Shown: positions 36,615-50,673, counted from the stretch's first letter. The stretch: DNA of 64,000 nt from Octopus sinensis (GCF_006345805.1 NC_043002.1:83452001-83516000), one strand, 5' to 3'. Notes: generated from the letters alone by a model not told the origin. Numbers and translations are program-made.

Positions 36615-36890
36615 AGGCGCAATGGCCCAGTGGTTAGGGCAGCAGACTCACGGTCGTAGGATCGCGGTTTCGATTCTCTGACCGGGCATTGTGAGTTGCT
36701 TACGAGGCTCCGTCAGGTGGGTGGTAGTGATCCCTGCTGTACTTTTTTGCCTCAACTTTCTCTCTCTCTTTCTTCTGTTGGCCTGCTTACTTAGCCAGCG
36801 GGGTGGCATCATTTGAAGGCTAAAACAATGCGAAGCGCATTATGACCAGCGATGTGTAGCATCATCTGATAGCCTGGTCGGTCACGTGAT
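36613..36890 (+). mobile_element. tRNA(Arg)-like SINE, family B
   Basis: Colinear with 11449-11753, inserted in (TA)n. Confidence 0.85.
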
Positions 36891-38364
36891 ATATATACAC
36901 ACATGTGTTTGTGTGCTTGTCCTGTTTAGGCACCATATGATGGCTGTAAATGTGCATCATCATCAAACAGTTTTCTGTGAGAAACATTACTAGTTATGGA
37001 AAAATATTACCTTACTTGGGAACAGGTGAGAGTTGGCAAGAGGAAGGGCATCTGGCTGCAGAATATCTGCCACCTACAAAGTCCATTTGGCTGATACAAG
37101 CATAGAAAAGTGGATGTTTAATGACGGTGATGGTGAATTGCCATGAAGAGTGAAAAATTGACATTTTAGGACCTTGCCATTTTTCTGTGAGTGGGAATGA
37201 GAGAGAAAGTGGTGTTGATGTCATTCGGTCATTCGGGTTGTGGGTAGTAAATAATTGACAAAAGAAATAAAGTTGAAATAGAGATGTGGAGTTTGATGAT
37301 GTAAGGAGAGAAGAGAAAAGGCTGAATTAGTTTTAGTCTTTGATAGGTTCTGTTGTATAAAATTCACCAAGCACCTGTATCTACCATGTCCCACCTGTAT
37401 AATGTGTCCGTTGTTACATAACATCAATGTTTTGCATTTAGTTTCAAGTATTCATTCTCTCCCTTTGACCATATTACCTGAATCTTTAGTTGCAGGCATC
37501 GCTTATTATCCAATCAACCTGGCAACATTTAAAAGAAAAAAAGACCATTCATCCTATTGTATCGCGTCTGTTCATTTTTATTATAAATTCTATGGAATTT
37601 TATTGCACTCATATTATTTTCTTCAACTTTCTTTGGTAATTCCTCATTTACACATTAGGTGTCTTTCACACACATGGTATGTATGCACGTGTGCGTGTGC
37701 ATACTGCAGAGTTTTTTTTATATAATAAGTAAGCAGTTACTCCAGAATTGTTGTTAATTTTGTTCAGTGTGATTTGAGCTCTTACCAGCCATGTACATTA
37801 TGTTCCTTGAGAAATCTAAACCAATTCATAAATTTAGATCTTTGATATCAACCTTCCTGAGGCTACCCTTCATGCTGCAAATCCATTTGTACTAAAGTGT
37901 TCGTATCTATACATTAAAACTTCCGTCATATTTTTGTGGATATTTTTTGTTGTGTTATGTTCCTAACTCTGTCTTAACAGAGAAGTTATTTTACAAACTC
38001 CATCCAAATTCTTGATTATTTTAAACATTAATTGTAACCAGTGTATAGCCAAGGACACAGCTGTGTATTTAAAACGTTTGCTAGCATGTGGTAACTGAAA
38101 GAAGCTTGTTGTGTAGGTGTTGTGTTTTGTGTCATCGTGTCTTGACATTACAAAGTAGTTAAAAATGAGTGTCACTGTCATATAAGCAGAATCTCTCATA
38201 TCCTGTCTTTCCTGAAAACATATCTGGTCATGAGGAAATAGCTTACTTGGAAACTGGTGAGGTTTGGGTGCAGGAAGGGCATCTGGTCATAGAAAAATCT
38301 GTCTCATTCCATCTGAGCCATCCAAGCATGGAAATGTAGGTGTTAAAATGATAGGTACATATGT

Positions 38365-38650
38365 ATGTATTCTTCTATTCTTTCGCTTGTTTCAGTCATT
38401 TGACTGTGGCCATGCTGGAGCACTGCCTTAAAGGGTTTTTTAGTCAAAGAAATCAACCTCAGGACTTATTCTTTGTAAGCCTAGTACTTATTCTGTTAGT
38501 CTCTTTGAATTGCTGAATTGCTAAGTTATGGGGATGTAAATGCACCAACATTGGTTGTCAAGCAATACACATAAACACATAAATATATATATATGTATGC
38601 ACACACACACAACAGGCTTCTTTCAGTTTCCATCTACCAAATCCACTCAC
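38365..38650 (-). mobile_element. tRNA-derived SINE, family A (partial, CpG-decayed)
   Basis: 3' two-thirds of the family consensus. Confidence 0.8.
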
Positions 38651-41344
38651 AACATGCACGAGTACACACAGGAAGATATTCTTTTCACCGTGAGGCATGA
38701 GGTATCATTCCATTCCAACTCTAAAATTATCATTAGACATTAGAGAACATCATGGCGGAAATATATTAAAAATTCTTAGTGTCTTCTACTACAGCCCGAG
38801 GCTATAGAAGACATTTGCCTGAGGTTCCACACACACATACACACGCTCTCACACAAACACACACACACACACACACACACAAAGAGACCTATATGTAAGT
38901 ATAATACATAAAATAAGTACTCAAGGGTGAAACACATCATGGCATTTCCCCAATAATAAAAGAATAGCATATTTCATTAAAAATATCATTACAACAAAGG
39001 TCAAGAAGTAGAATCCAGTTTGGCAAACTACGTTTACTCTACATTTTCTACATTTATTCACTTACAATTCTATATTTCTGAGATGAGGAAGTTATATGTA
39101 TTGGATACTATTTTCATTGGCTTTCAGTACGTTTTTGGCTGTTGTATGATCCAGCACCACACACCTGAAAAAAGGCAGGTGTGTACAACAGCCGAAATAT
39201 AGTGAAAGCAACAATCAAGGTGAAGGTACCAGTCTGGATAATGTAGATAGTGTACACAATTTATCACTTGATCCTAAATTTCTAATTATAGCAACAGGTG
39301 ACTATCACCACCTCAGACATGACTTAACATATTTTACTCATATCTGAATATGATTTTCTTATTTATTTACTTCTAGATGGTTAGTAGTTGTTGGGAGCTG
39401 AAATATAATCTAAAATGAAATTTTTTAAAAATGAACATTTGCCATTCTAAATCCATTACTATATTGATTAGTAAAACTTCAAGTTGGTTATGTTGAATAA
39501 TGTTTTGTTTATTAACTCTTTGAACTTGAGTATGCCTTGGAAGACATGATTTCATTTGATTGTACATACTCTTGGAAGATGTAAGAGCAGGTTGCAGCTT
39601 GGGTTTGTGTTCACTACTCACTAATTGGCAGAAACATCATTATCTTCAGCTGTAAACACAAAGCCCTGCAACTAACGTCTTTTGTGACTTCCAGGAGTAC
39701 AGTTAAATGAAATTGTGTCTGCTAAAGTGTGCTTGCAATTTCAAAAGGTGAAACATTTATTTTGGTATATTGCAGTAGATTTTCCAAAACAGTAGGAAGA
39801 TAAACTATAGGTGTTCCTATATTATGTTTTATTGCGGATTCAAATCATGATTGGGTTTTTTTATTTTTCATTTCTTTTATATTTCTAAAAAATAATTTTG
39901 TTTCCAGCTGTATATACATTAGGGTGGAGTCGGTTGGGTATACATCTTCTCTTACAAATATTGACTTTGTATCTAAGTGAGGAATATGTATTTTTGTAAT
40001 TTGTTGAGTCTGAGATAAAGTTAAAAACCAATCCTCCTCACATCCACTGACAAATGCTTTTTGGTACTCTTAATTTCATGACCTTCAACTGACCCATGTT
40101 TCTTAGCTTATTTGTTGAAATACCCTACCTTTGTTTCAAGTCATTTTGAAAATAATTAAAAATTTATTACAATAAATTTGTCATTATTAACCTGGTGTTG
40201 GAATATAAATTAACATGAAATTCTGAGAGATGGTTTTAATTGAGATCATTTTAAAACAAGGAATTTGTGTCAGAGCCAATTATAGTTTCAGACAGGTCAG
40301 TATCAAGAGTTAAGTGAAAGATGTACCACTACCTTAACTCAGCTGTTTCTATTTTTTTCTCTTCTTCTTTCAAGAACGTTTTGTTAGCTATTCAAGTACT
40401 ACTTGTTTGGAGAATGTGTTTTCACTATTTTGTTATTAGTTTCAAATATTTCTTCCTCTCCCTAAGATACTTATTCAAAGTAGTTATCATGTTATGAAGA
40501 CACTTTTACCACTTCAATACTTGTTGTTCTTCACTTCACAAGCTCACTGTAGTTGTGAGCATGACTTACTTTCTTAACATTGCAAGCATTTCAATTTAGT
40601 TGAGTGGCTACTTCTTTGCCTCTTGCAAAAGGTAGCAAATTGGTGGAGTTTGAGTAGCCGATAGAATGCCTTGTGGTATTTGTTCCATTTCACTGTGCTC
40701 TATTTTCAGTTCTTGTCAAAAGCCAACTTTTCCTTTCATCCTTTCAGAGTTGACAAAATGTATTAAAAATCCAGATCAGTAGATTGACTGAGCTGCAAGA
40801 CTGTTAGATGGATACTATGTAGTGTTTGTTCTGACTCATTGCATTCTGAGTTCAAATCCTGCCATGGCCTACTTATGTTGTAGACTGAACCCATTGTGTG
40901 GGTTAAAACCATTACCTGGTATCTTGGCTGCTTTAACAGAGTCCACTCTGTTGCAAGCAATCAGGTCAAGTCTAAGTTTAAGAATACTTTCAACAGAAAC
41001 ATTAATCCCTGTAAAGGGTCATGGGTACCGCCTTTCCATTTGACCAAAAAGACAGACAAAAAAATAAAAGATATCAATAAAATGTGCTAGTGCTACATAA
41101 AAGGCATCCAGTTGTAGAAACCATACCAAAGCAGGCAATAGAGCTCAGCATAGACTTCTGGCTTGCCAGCTCCTGTCAAACTGTCCAACCCATGCCATCA
41201 TGGAAAGCAGATATTAAGTAATGATAATGATGACATTGATGATGTACTGAGTTAAAAAAGACGGACCGACTTGATGATAAACATTCACCTTTACTTACAA
41301 TTACACAGTAACTGAAACTGCTAGTCTGCCACACTTGCGAATTA

Positions 41345-41376
<32 letters not shown>

Positions 41377-41377
41377 A

Positions 41378-41414
<37 letters not shown>

Positions 41415-41515
41415 ATAATAACAAAGGGTAAAATTAATTAATTAAGAAGTAATCAATAATTTCACCAAGTAGAATTCGGCCTGAAAAAGGACCTTTTCAT
41501 GGTAAACTTAAGTAA

Positions 41516-41724
41516 TACTTTATAATTAGGGTTCAGCAAAGATTTGCTTTACCACATACCGAAGTTTAGAAATAGCAACCAAAAAACCTTAGCTATTTCT
41601 TCTACTTTAAAAAGGGACTCCCAGAAAAACTTTTTAAAGTAGAAGAAATAGCTAAGGTTTTTTGGCTGCTATTTCTAAACTTCGGTATGTGGTAAAGCAA
41701 ATCTTTGCTGAACCTAATTATAAA

Positions 41725-41727
<3 letters not shown>
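41516..41727. repeat. Near-perfect inverted repeat: 99/98-bp arms, 15-nt spacer
   Basis: Arm 41516-41614 is the reverse complement of arm 41630-41727 except for one 1-nt indel and one substitution. Confidence 0.95.
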
Positions 41728-41760
<33 letters not shown>

Positions 41761-42279
41761 GCTTGTTATGTACATGACAGATAAAATAGCTTAAGTTCAT
41801 TTGTCCTTAAAAGAAAAGCTAAATTCCATATGACATGATATCACAGATCCCTTTTTCTACAAAATAACTCAGCAGCAACCCCCCACCATTACCATTATGT
41901 GTTTGAAATGTCTTCCTGTTATGGAAGGTTTTTGAAATTACTGGTTAAAATTTACCTTTGATCCATTTCACATTTGCTATGTTCCCACAAGCTTTAGCTT
42001 CACCTCCAGGAATCAATAAAGAAATTTCAAAATAATTTTCTCTCATATAATTACATCCATGCAAGGTTTTTGTTAAGTAGAAGCAAAGTATATATTAATT
42101 TTTTTTTCCGCAAAAAGTTTATCTATTAGAACAATATTCTTTGTGTGTATATGTGTATAAAATAATCCTGCTTTCTTTTAAATCTACGTTATTGTATGTG
42201 TGTGGGGTACCTCTCTTTGTGTGTATATGTGTGTCTAAGTATGGATATGTATGTGTGTGTGTGTGTATATATATTGTAT

Positions 42280-42287
42280 ATATATAG

Positions 42288-42367
<80 letters not shown>

Positions 42368-42625
42368 GATGTGTATGTATATATGTATATATATATGTAT
42401 GGATGTGTATGTATATATGTATATATATATGTATGGATGTGTATGTATATATATATGTATGGATGTGTATGTATATATATATGTATGGATGTGTATGTAT
42501 ATATGTATATATATATGTATGGATGTGTATGTATATATGTATATATATATATATGTATGGATATATATGTATATGTGTGTGCATATGTATGTATACATGT
42601 GTGTGTATGGATATATGTATATGAT
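42280..42625. repeat. (TA)n plus a minisatellite with ATGTATGGATGTGTATGT units
   Basis: About 6 tandem units of 22-32 bp. Confidence 0.9.
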
Positions 42626-43842
42626 CAAATGGTTTAAATGAAATTATAACAAGTAATTTGATTTCAAACTTAATGAAACCCTTTTCTTATATCTAATCAT
42701 ATGTTATCTGTAAATAAAATAGAAATTGGTATTTCTTCTCTCATAATGTCAAATATTCAAACAAATTGAAAAATTCTGATTTCATGGATAATTAGAAGCA
42801 GTACTTTATATAACAAGCCCTTTGTAAGAAGGTGGTATGTTAAGAAAACCCATATTTTAGGGTTCAGCTCTGTTTTTGTGTCTTATATTTGAAAAACATT
42901 GAAGTTAAATAATGTTGCTTTGTTAAGAATAAAACAGAAGTTAATGTTCTAATGTAAACCTCAGAGCCTGTTTATACGCACGCACACACACACACACATA
43001 TATATACGTAATAGTTTATATAGTCATACCTACCAGTTCACTCACAAAGCATTGAGCAATCCAAGGTAGTTGTAGGAGACACTTGCCCAAGCTGTCACAC
43101 ATTTGAACTGAACCTAAGGCTCCATGGTTACAAATCAAAATTCTTAACCACATAACCATGCCTGGTCATTTAAATAAATATTTTGTAGTAGGAGACACCC
43201 AGAACCATGTAGTTGGGAAGCAAGGTTCTTACCACACAGCCACTCCTGCACCTACCTATATATCTTCGTTATTATCAACATTGTTTGACATCAACTTTTC
43301 CATGCTTGCATGTAAAAGCAAGGTAATATTTATTCCCCAATGACTAAACCTGTTTCTGCAGAAGATTGGAAGTAAAAGACACCATGTACAACTATATCAC
43401 ATGAAGTGAAGGCAAGGTAACAGTGAAGCACCCATGCACACGTATTTATACAACAGGCTTGTTTCAGTTTCTGTCTACCAAATCAAATCACAAGGCTTTG
43501 GTTGTCCCAGGGCTATAGTAAAAGACACTTGCTCATGATACCATAGTGTGGGACTGAACCTGAAACCATGTGGTTAGACAGCAAGCTTCTTACTACATAG
43601 CTACCCTATATATAGTAAAAGTACACACCGTTCTATATTTCTCTATTTATGAAATTCATCAATAGTAGATTGAATAAATGTTTTCATAAGTGTTTCTCAC
43701 GATACTTGTTTTAATTCATATCCCAGGTACATTTCACTGTGGTAACATTTTTTTTTCTTTAATTTTTATAGTCACTTTGTCAGTTTTCTCTTCTATCTTT
43801 CATCCTTTCCGAGTCAGCAAACTAAAATACCAATCAAATATC

Positions 43843-44360
43843 ATCATCATCATCATCATCGTTTAACGTCCGCTTTCCATGCTTGTGTGGGTTGGACAAT
43901 TTTGACTAAGGGCTGGCGAACCAGATGGCTGCACCAGGCTCCAATCTTGATTTGGCAGTGTTTCTACAGCTTGATGCCCTTCCTAACGCCAACCACTCTG
44001 AGAGTGTAGTGGGTGCTTTTTACGTGCCACCGGCACGGGGCCAATCAGGCGGTACTGGCAACAACCTCGCTCAAATCCTTTTACACATTCCACCAGCACC
44101 GGTGCCAGTGAGGCAACTTTGGTAACGATCACACTCGAATGGTGCCCTTTTACATGCCACTGGCACGGAAGCCAGTTGGCTGCTCTGGCAACGATCATGC
44201 TCGGATGGTGCTCTTGGCACCCTACTAGCATGGGCACAAGTGCCAGTAAGGCGACGCTGGTAACGATCACACTCGAATGCTGCACTTTAAGTGCCACTGG
44301 CACGGAAGCCAGTTAGCCGCTCTGTGAATGATCATGCTCGTATGGTGCTCTTTGCACCCT
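43843..44360 (-). mobile_element. Family E element
   Basis: About 6 subrepeats plus core plus (CAT)n on the + strand. Confidence 0.85.
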
Positions 44361-44911
44361 GCTAATAGTAATGTAAATATCACTGATTATAGCCTCCTCC
44401 CCCTGCTAAAAAAATTCCATATTGTGCCAGTATTCAGTGGATTGGTAGAATCAGTAGAGCCTCTGAAAAAGTACCTTGCAGCATATAGTTATGTCTCTTT
44501 ATGTTCTGAGTTCAAATCCTGTTGAAGTCACCTTTATGTTTCATCCTTCTGGAGTTAAAGTAAAGAACTGATGGAAGTACTGGGTATTTAACGTAAACAA
44601 CTGGCTCCCTTCTCCTTGAAATTACAATCCTGGTGCCTAGATTAACATGAGAATGTCAAACTTGTGGATTCTTTACATTTTGAGTTCAAATCCAGCTGAG
44701 ATCAACTTTACTTTTCATCCTCCTGGTACTCCATCAGTTATGATAACAATCATTACTGTACTGTTAATACAATTGTAGTAATTTATTTTCACAGGTCTTT
44801 CTTTATATACATTGGAAAGTTAGAATAAAGTATTTTAGATGAACTATTACTCTTTCATTCTTCTACTAGTTTCAGTCATTGAACTCTGACCATGCTGTAG
44901 CACCATCTTAA

Positions 44912-45096
44912 CCCTTTTGTTACTATATTTCTGCTGAAATACACTGTCTTTGTTTCATTTAGCTTTGAAAACAATCAAGAATTCAGTAAAATAACTTTAT
45001 TTGGAGCATGAATTAACTTGAAATTTTGAAACAGGGAATCTGTATCGTAGAACCAGGAGCAGTGTCCGGTGGGCTGATAGGCTGATACATAAAGGG
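44912..45096. mobile_element. piggyBac-type MITE (family 2, reverse orientation)
   Basis: TTAA-CCCTTT...AAAGGG-TTAA, reverse-complement similarity to 12788-12990. It directly follows a SINE fragment. Confidence 0.7.
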
Positions 45097-46121
45097 TTAA
45101 ACTTAGCGTCAATTATGGTAACCCTATTACTTGTTGAATGAAGTATATATTTTAATTAGCTTCTGAAGAGCATGATAGTTAGAGTTGCTGTGGGTGGAAC
45201 GTGAAGTCAGAACATAAAGAGACCTAACCAAATTACCATAAAGTATTATATTTGATGCTTTACCAATTCTACTATTCACCACCCTGTTTTTTTTTTTTAT
45301 GTGTGTGTGTTTTTTTTTTGTTTTATAGTTGTGATCATAGCATTGAGTCTCTTAGTGTAAAATTACTCAGCTGATATTTATCTTTATAATAGCTTAGGTT
45401 CATATCAGCTAATATGGTTTAGACAACTGTTTTAATTGCCTCTTCAGATTCATTTTTTTTTTTATGTCGTAAGAGAGGTCTAGCTGATTCATTGACAGCA
45501 TTTCATCTCTCTATTGTGTGAAGGATTAAAAAGAAAATAAAAAATTCATACATGCAACTACAAAATGGAAAAACTATTGTAGCCATTTAATAACATACAA
45601 TACTTAGAAATTCACTTTCACTTTAAACCTATTTTATGAAGTGTTGTGTCAAAAGTTTTTACACCTAGCTGTGACTTGATCTCTGACACAATTCCATTGC
45701 AGCTGTTTGAAAGTTTGTTAATGGCCAGTTTATATAGGTTCAGGATATTCATTTCTTCTTTCTTTTTGTTTTTCTCCTTCGTCGGGCTCATGATTATAAG
45801 GTTGCAGGTTCAATCCTTTTTCAGGGCAACATGTGTCTTTGAGCAAGGTATATAGTTTCACATTGCTCCAGTTTACTCAGCTCCTAACAGGTACCCACCA
45901 ACTTCTGGTGCAGCCTTCTTTGTCTCCACTTGTTACATCCCTGTTCTGTTGGCTTTGAGGGTGAAAGGGCCAAGAGGGTATCTTTGTCTACATGTAATAC
46001 ATAGGCAACAAACAATTAGTGAAATCATGATGCCAGCTATCAGATCATCTATACTTGTGAGTAACAGCTAAGCATTTTCTTTTTCCTTTTCAGTTTAGTG
46101 ACTTATGAATTAGTTGTGCTC

Positions 46122-46503
46122 GGGCGGAGTGGCTGTGTGGTAAGTAGCTTACTTACGAACCACATGGTTCCGGGTTCAGTCCCACTGCGTGGCGCCTTGG
46201 GCAAGTGTCTTCTACTATAGCCGCGGGCCGACCAAAGCCTTGTGAGTGGATTTGGTAGACGGAAACTGAAAGAAGCCTGTCGATTATATGTGTGTGTGTG
46301 TGTATGTTTGTGTTTGACCCCCCAACATCGCTTGACAACCGATGCTGGTATGTTTACGTTCCTGTAACTTCACGGTTCAGCAAAAGAGGCCGATAGAATA
46401 AGTACTAGGCTTCCAAAGGATAAGTCCTGGGTTCGATTTGCTTGACTAAAAGGCGGTACTCCAGCATGGCCACAGTCACATGACTGAAACAAGTAAAAGA
46501 ATA
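46122..46503 (+). mobile_element. tRNA-derived SINE, family A
   Basis: Full-length copy. Confidence 0.9.
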
Positions 46504-46569
46504 TAAATTTTGATCATATGACATTGGTCACTGGTTGGCCATCCTTTATCATTTTTGTAATTTACTATG

Positions 46570-46755
46570 AGGACAATTACATCAAGAGATGCCTCTCTAA
46601 TTGGTGAGGGAACATGTGGAAAGGTAAACCCAAGATGACCTGGGACAAAGTGGTAAGAAAGGATCTACAAGCGTTGGGACTCACAGAGGGGATGACAGGG
46701 GACTGAGACTTCTGGCAGTTTGCTGTGCTTGAAAAGGCACGTCAAGCTAGGTAAA
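46570..46755 (+). mobile_element. RTE-clade LINE ORF2 C-terminus
   Basis: EGTCGKGKPKMTWDKVVRKDLQALGLTEGMTGD*DFWQFAVLEK matches the RTE GRP-KTW...DL...W C-terminal motif. Confidence 0.75.
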
Positions 46756-46896
46756 AGTGTGGTTGCCCTTGCATACAGGCTCATCCCTTGCAACCCCATC
46801 CAGCTGAGCATCCTTCATCTTGCAGGCTCATAAGTACTGGTGTCATGTAAAAAGCACCCATACCAGTGCTGTGTAAAAGCACTCAGTACACTCTGT

Positions 46897-47041
46897 CTTG
46901 ACTTGACTTGACTTGAGACAGCATTCACCCGGGGTGGATTGAGCTGGCTTCATTCATCCTCAATACTTGTGGCTGGGGACCGCTAGCGAACTTCCTATTC
47001 CCAAGATCCTTCAAATATTCCTCAAGTGTATCGCACCTTCT
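46897..47041 (-). mobile_element. Young 5'-truncated non-LTR retroelement 3' end with (CAAGT)n tail
   Basis: Perfect 14-bp TSD TCAGTACACTCTGT at 46883-46896 and 47042-47055. CTTGA x4 tail at 46897-46916. Confidence 0.85.
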
Positions 47042-47484
47042 TCAGTACACTCTGTAAAGTGGTTGGTATTAAGAAGGGCATCCAGACACAGAGCCTGAGT
47101 AGCTCGCTCCTATCAAACTAGCCAAACTATAGCAGAATAGAAAACAAATGTTAAATGATGATGATGATGAATAATTGAAAGGGAGTTACATCTATAGTCT
47201 TTATAGGTTTAGGGTAACTAATTAGTCATCTCTATAAAATACTTATATATTGGTTTCAAATTTTTGCACAAGGCCAGAAATTTGGGGGAGGCGGCAAGTT
47301 GATTACATCGACCCCAGGGCTCAATTGGTTCTTATTTTATTAACCTCTAAAATGATGAAAGGCAAAGTCAATCTTGGCAGAATTTGAACTCCAGAATGTG
47401 AAGACCAACAAAATACTGCTGAGCATTTTGCCTGGCGTGCTGACAATTCTGGCAGCTTGCTGCCTTATAAGATACCTATATACT

Positions 47485-47885
47485 CTCTTTTACTTGTTTC
47501 AGTCATTTGACTGTGGTCATGCTGGAGCACCACCTTTTAGTCGAGCAAATCGACCCCAGGACTTATTCTTTGTAAGCCTAGTACTTATTCTATCGGTCTC
47601 TTTCGCCGAACCGCTAAGTTACGGGGACGTAAACACACCAGCATCGGTTGTCAAGCGATGTTGGGGGGACAAACACAGACACACAAACATATACACATAC
47701 ACACATATATATATATACATATATACGACGGGCTTCTTTCAGTTTCCGTCTACCAAATCCACTCACCAGGCTTTGGTCGGCCCAAGGCTATAGTAGAAGA
47801 CACTTGCCCAAGGTGCCACACAGTGGGACTGAACCCGGAACCATGTGGTTGGTAAGCAAGCTACTTACCACACAGCCACTCCTAT
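47485..47885 (-). mobile_element. tRNA-derived SINE, family A
   Basis: Full-length reverse copy. Confidence 0.9.
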
Positions 47886-48626
47886 GCCTTATATATTAAT
47901 AAGATTATTATCTGTTTATTTATTGGAGGGGAAAGTACGAAGAGAAAAAGAATGTTCAGAACTACTATCTGTAGATGAAGTTCTGTGAAACAAGTGAAAC
48001 AAATATGTTGATATGATTGGGTTTTTGTTGAGTTGTTTTATTCAGATAGAAACTGCGTGCAAGCCTGTTTTTTTTTTTTTTGTGTGTGTGTGTAAAGTTC
48101 TTGAAACTTTTTTCTCTTAGTTTGTATTAGCCATGTCATATACTGTACAGGATCTTTCACACATATGTATTAGCAAAGGATGTGAACATTGGCTAGAAAA
48201 CAAAAACAAGCAAAGAATAAATATATGAATAAAAAAGTACTGCTTTTCAAATGAACTCCTTTGTGATATTTGTTCTGCACTGGGTTACTGATATTCGCTT
48301 TGTCACTCTCTTACCATCGGAGATGCAGTGACCTAGGGATTGGCCTGTCAGAAACCTATAACCAATGCCATTATTGTTTGGTGATTGCAATATAAAATAA
48401 ATACAATAAAATAAGTATAGACCAGGCCTGGAAGACTAGTCACTAAACTGACTATTCCTTGGAAACAGTTAATTATTGTTATTTAGATAGTCTCGTTTGT
48501 GTTAATGATGGAACCAATGGTTACATTCTGTCTGGAAGCTTTGTATTGATTAACTGCCTTCATTTCAGTCATTCTTCTACATTTTTTTTCCAGCTCAGAT
48601 ATGCACTTTCTTGCAGTCTACCCCAC

Positions 48627-48661
<35 letters not shown>

Positions 48662-50673
48662 CTCTCTTCCTCTCTCCCTGCCCCTGCTCACTTAAATGGT
48701 AATGAACAGGGTTAAATAATGTTTATGTCATTTGTTAGGAATCTAACTGGAAGCGTGGAATAAATAGTTTTAAATTGAGACGGTGTAGAGATTTGTTATT
48801 GTCACTTTTTGGCCTTGTATAAATCAGCTCTGATTGAGGCAACCATATGATCCAAGGTGTGCCAGTCATGACCTTCCCATCAGTATTTTGTATATCTAGG
48901 ATTAACATTGTCCAGTGTGTCATTTTTTGAAAATAATAAGATGTAATTCAAGAAGGATTTGGCTGTTATTTTTAGTATGTCATGTAATTATTATTGATTC
49001 TCAGCCATTGGATCACTTGTGAAGTTGCTGGGGAATAAATTGGTTGTGGTACACTTGTACTATGTGTAAAAATTGGTGTAAATGTAGGTTTGTTTGTTCA
49101 TTTGTTTTATTTAGAATGTATTTTTCTATGCAAGCATAGCTTAGGCAGGATACTTTTCCAGTTGCCAACAAACAACTGTTTTTCAACTAAAGGATTTTTT
49201 TTTTCACTCTTTGGTAGTCAGATTACTCTGTTAACTGTAATATCTATCCATATTGTTTTGAATTAGTTGTGTATTATTCCTTAGCTTCAAGACTTTGATG
49301 ATGTGATTGTATATTTCTTCAGAATGATGTTGTAGGGTTGGTTGAAAGGCCAGATCCAGCCAGTTTGAACATAAAACAAGAACAATATTTGGGTTAGATA
49401 TAGCTAGTTTAAATGGTAAAGGGTTAATTCCAGATGAAGTCAAAAACATAGAGCTTACAGACTATCTGTTGACAGGGAATGTCAAAAAATGTCACCAGTT
49501 ACTGCACAACCACATAACTAAGCTGCAAGAAACAGCATCCTTGTTTATGGCCATAGCTCAGTGTAGCCTTTGTAAACAATCACACAGATGCACACAAACA
49601 TGCATGCACACACATACGCACATACATGCTTGCTTTAGTTTTTTACGAGTCAAAATTCTTTAACAAAGCAGTGACAAATCTATGAATAAGAAACTTGCCC
49701 ACTGGAAGTGAAACGAAAGCCACAGTTGAAAAGTGAATTTCTTAGTAACCTAGCCACATTGATTGGGAAAATTACCTTGTAGAAAATTTACTGGTAAAAG
49801 GTTACAATTTAGCCATTTAAAAAAAAAAAGAACTTTTATGTCAGAGGAGGAGGTGTAGTACCTATGGGTTTTTTTGGCCTTTGAGACTGGGCAGTGGTAG
49901 AGTGGCAGAAAGAAGGGAGTTATTCTCAGACCAGTCACCTGGTCCTTATGGTTGGGTGCTTTTAATGGAGTGGACTCTGCTAAAGGCAATGGGGGGCCAA
50001 GCAACAGTAAGTCTACTCAACAACAACAGCAGAGACAGTCCCTCTGGGTTTCCATGTACTTCATCATCATTATCATGATAATTGTTTAATGTTTGTTTAC
50101 CATACTGGTATGGGTTGGACATTTCAACATGTGCTGGTGAGTCACAGGATTGCACCAAGCGCCACTCCCTGCTTTGAGATGGTTTCTACAGCTGGATGCC
50201 CTTCCTAATAAGCCAATCAATTTACAGTATAGACTGAGTGCTTTGTACATGGTATTGCACCTGACAGGTCACCAATTGTAACGCATGATCCCTCAACTAA
50301 GTAGTATCCAGAGAGATGGCTTTGTCTAGTGAAGAGAAATTAAAATATGATAGAGGGACAAGGACAGGTTTTGCCGTAGGTGAGATACATGGTTATTCCT
50401 GTAAGAAAAGAAAGATAGCCATAGAAGTCATTTACTTGACGACATGTCACATGAAGGTATTGAAACCAAAGCCATGAAAACCTTGAAGCAAACATCTTAA
50501 GGTAGACAGCCATAGAAGAATAGCAATAAAAAAAATATAAATAATGAACTGACACAATAGGATAATTGTTTGGTTGTGAATCACAGAGAACTTCTATGTC
50601 CCTAATTGATTGAGTCATCACTTGTAAAAGTAGTTAGACCAAGTGAACTGATGGAGGAATGTGTAATTGTATA

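Noticed and set aside
39622-39649. Minus-strand 28-nt micro-exon candidate (TTTACAG / GTGAGT); a similar 11-nt one at 455-465
   Set aside because: Good splice signals, but expected by chance in 64 kb. No frame-consistent neighbours or homology.
163-42641. Most supplied ORFs rich in Y/I/M/V/C/H/T (e.g. 15871-16608, 16472-16927, 42119-42628)
   Set aside because: They are translations of (TA)n, (CA)n and (TG)n microsatellites, which lack stop codons in some frames.
49881-50078. GC-richer ORF ending near a GTAAGT donor
   Set aside because: No recognisable product. It adjoins a family-E-type remnant and is more likely retroelement-derived.
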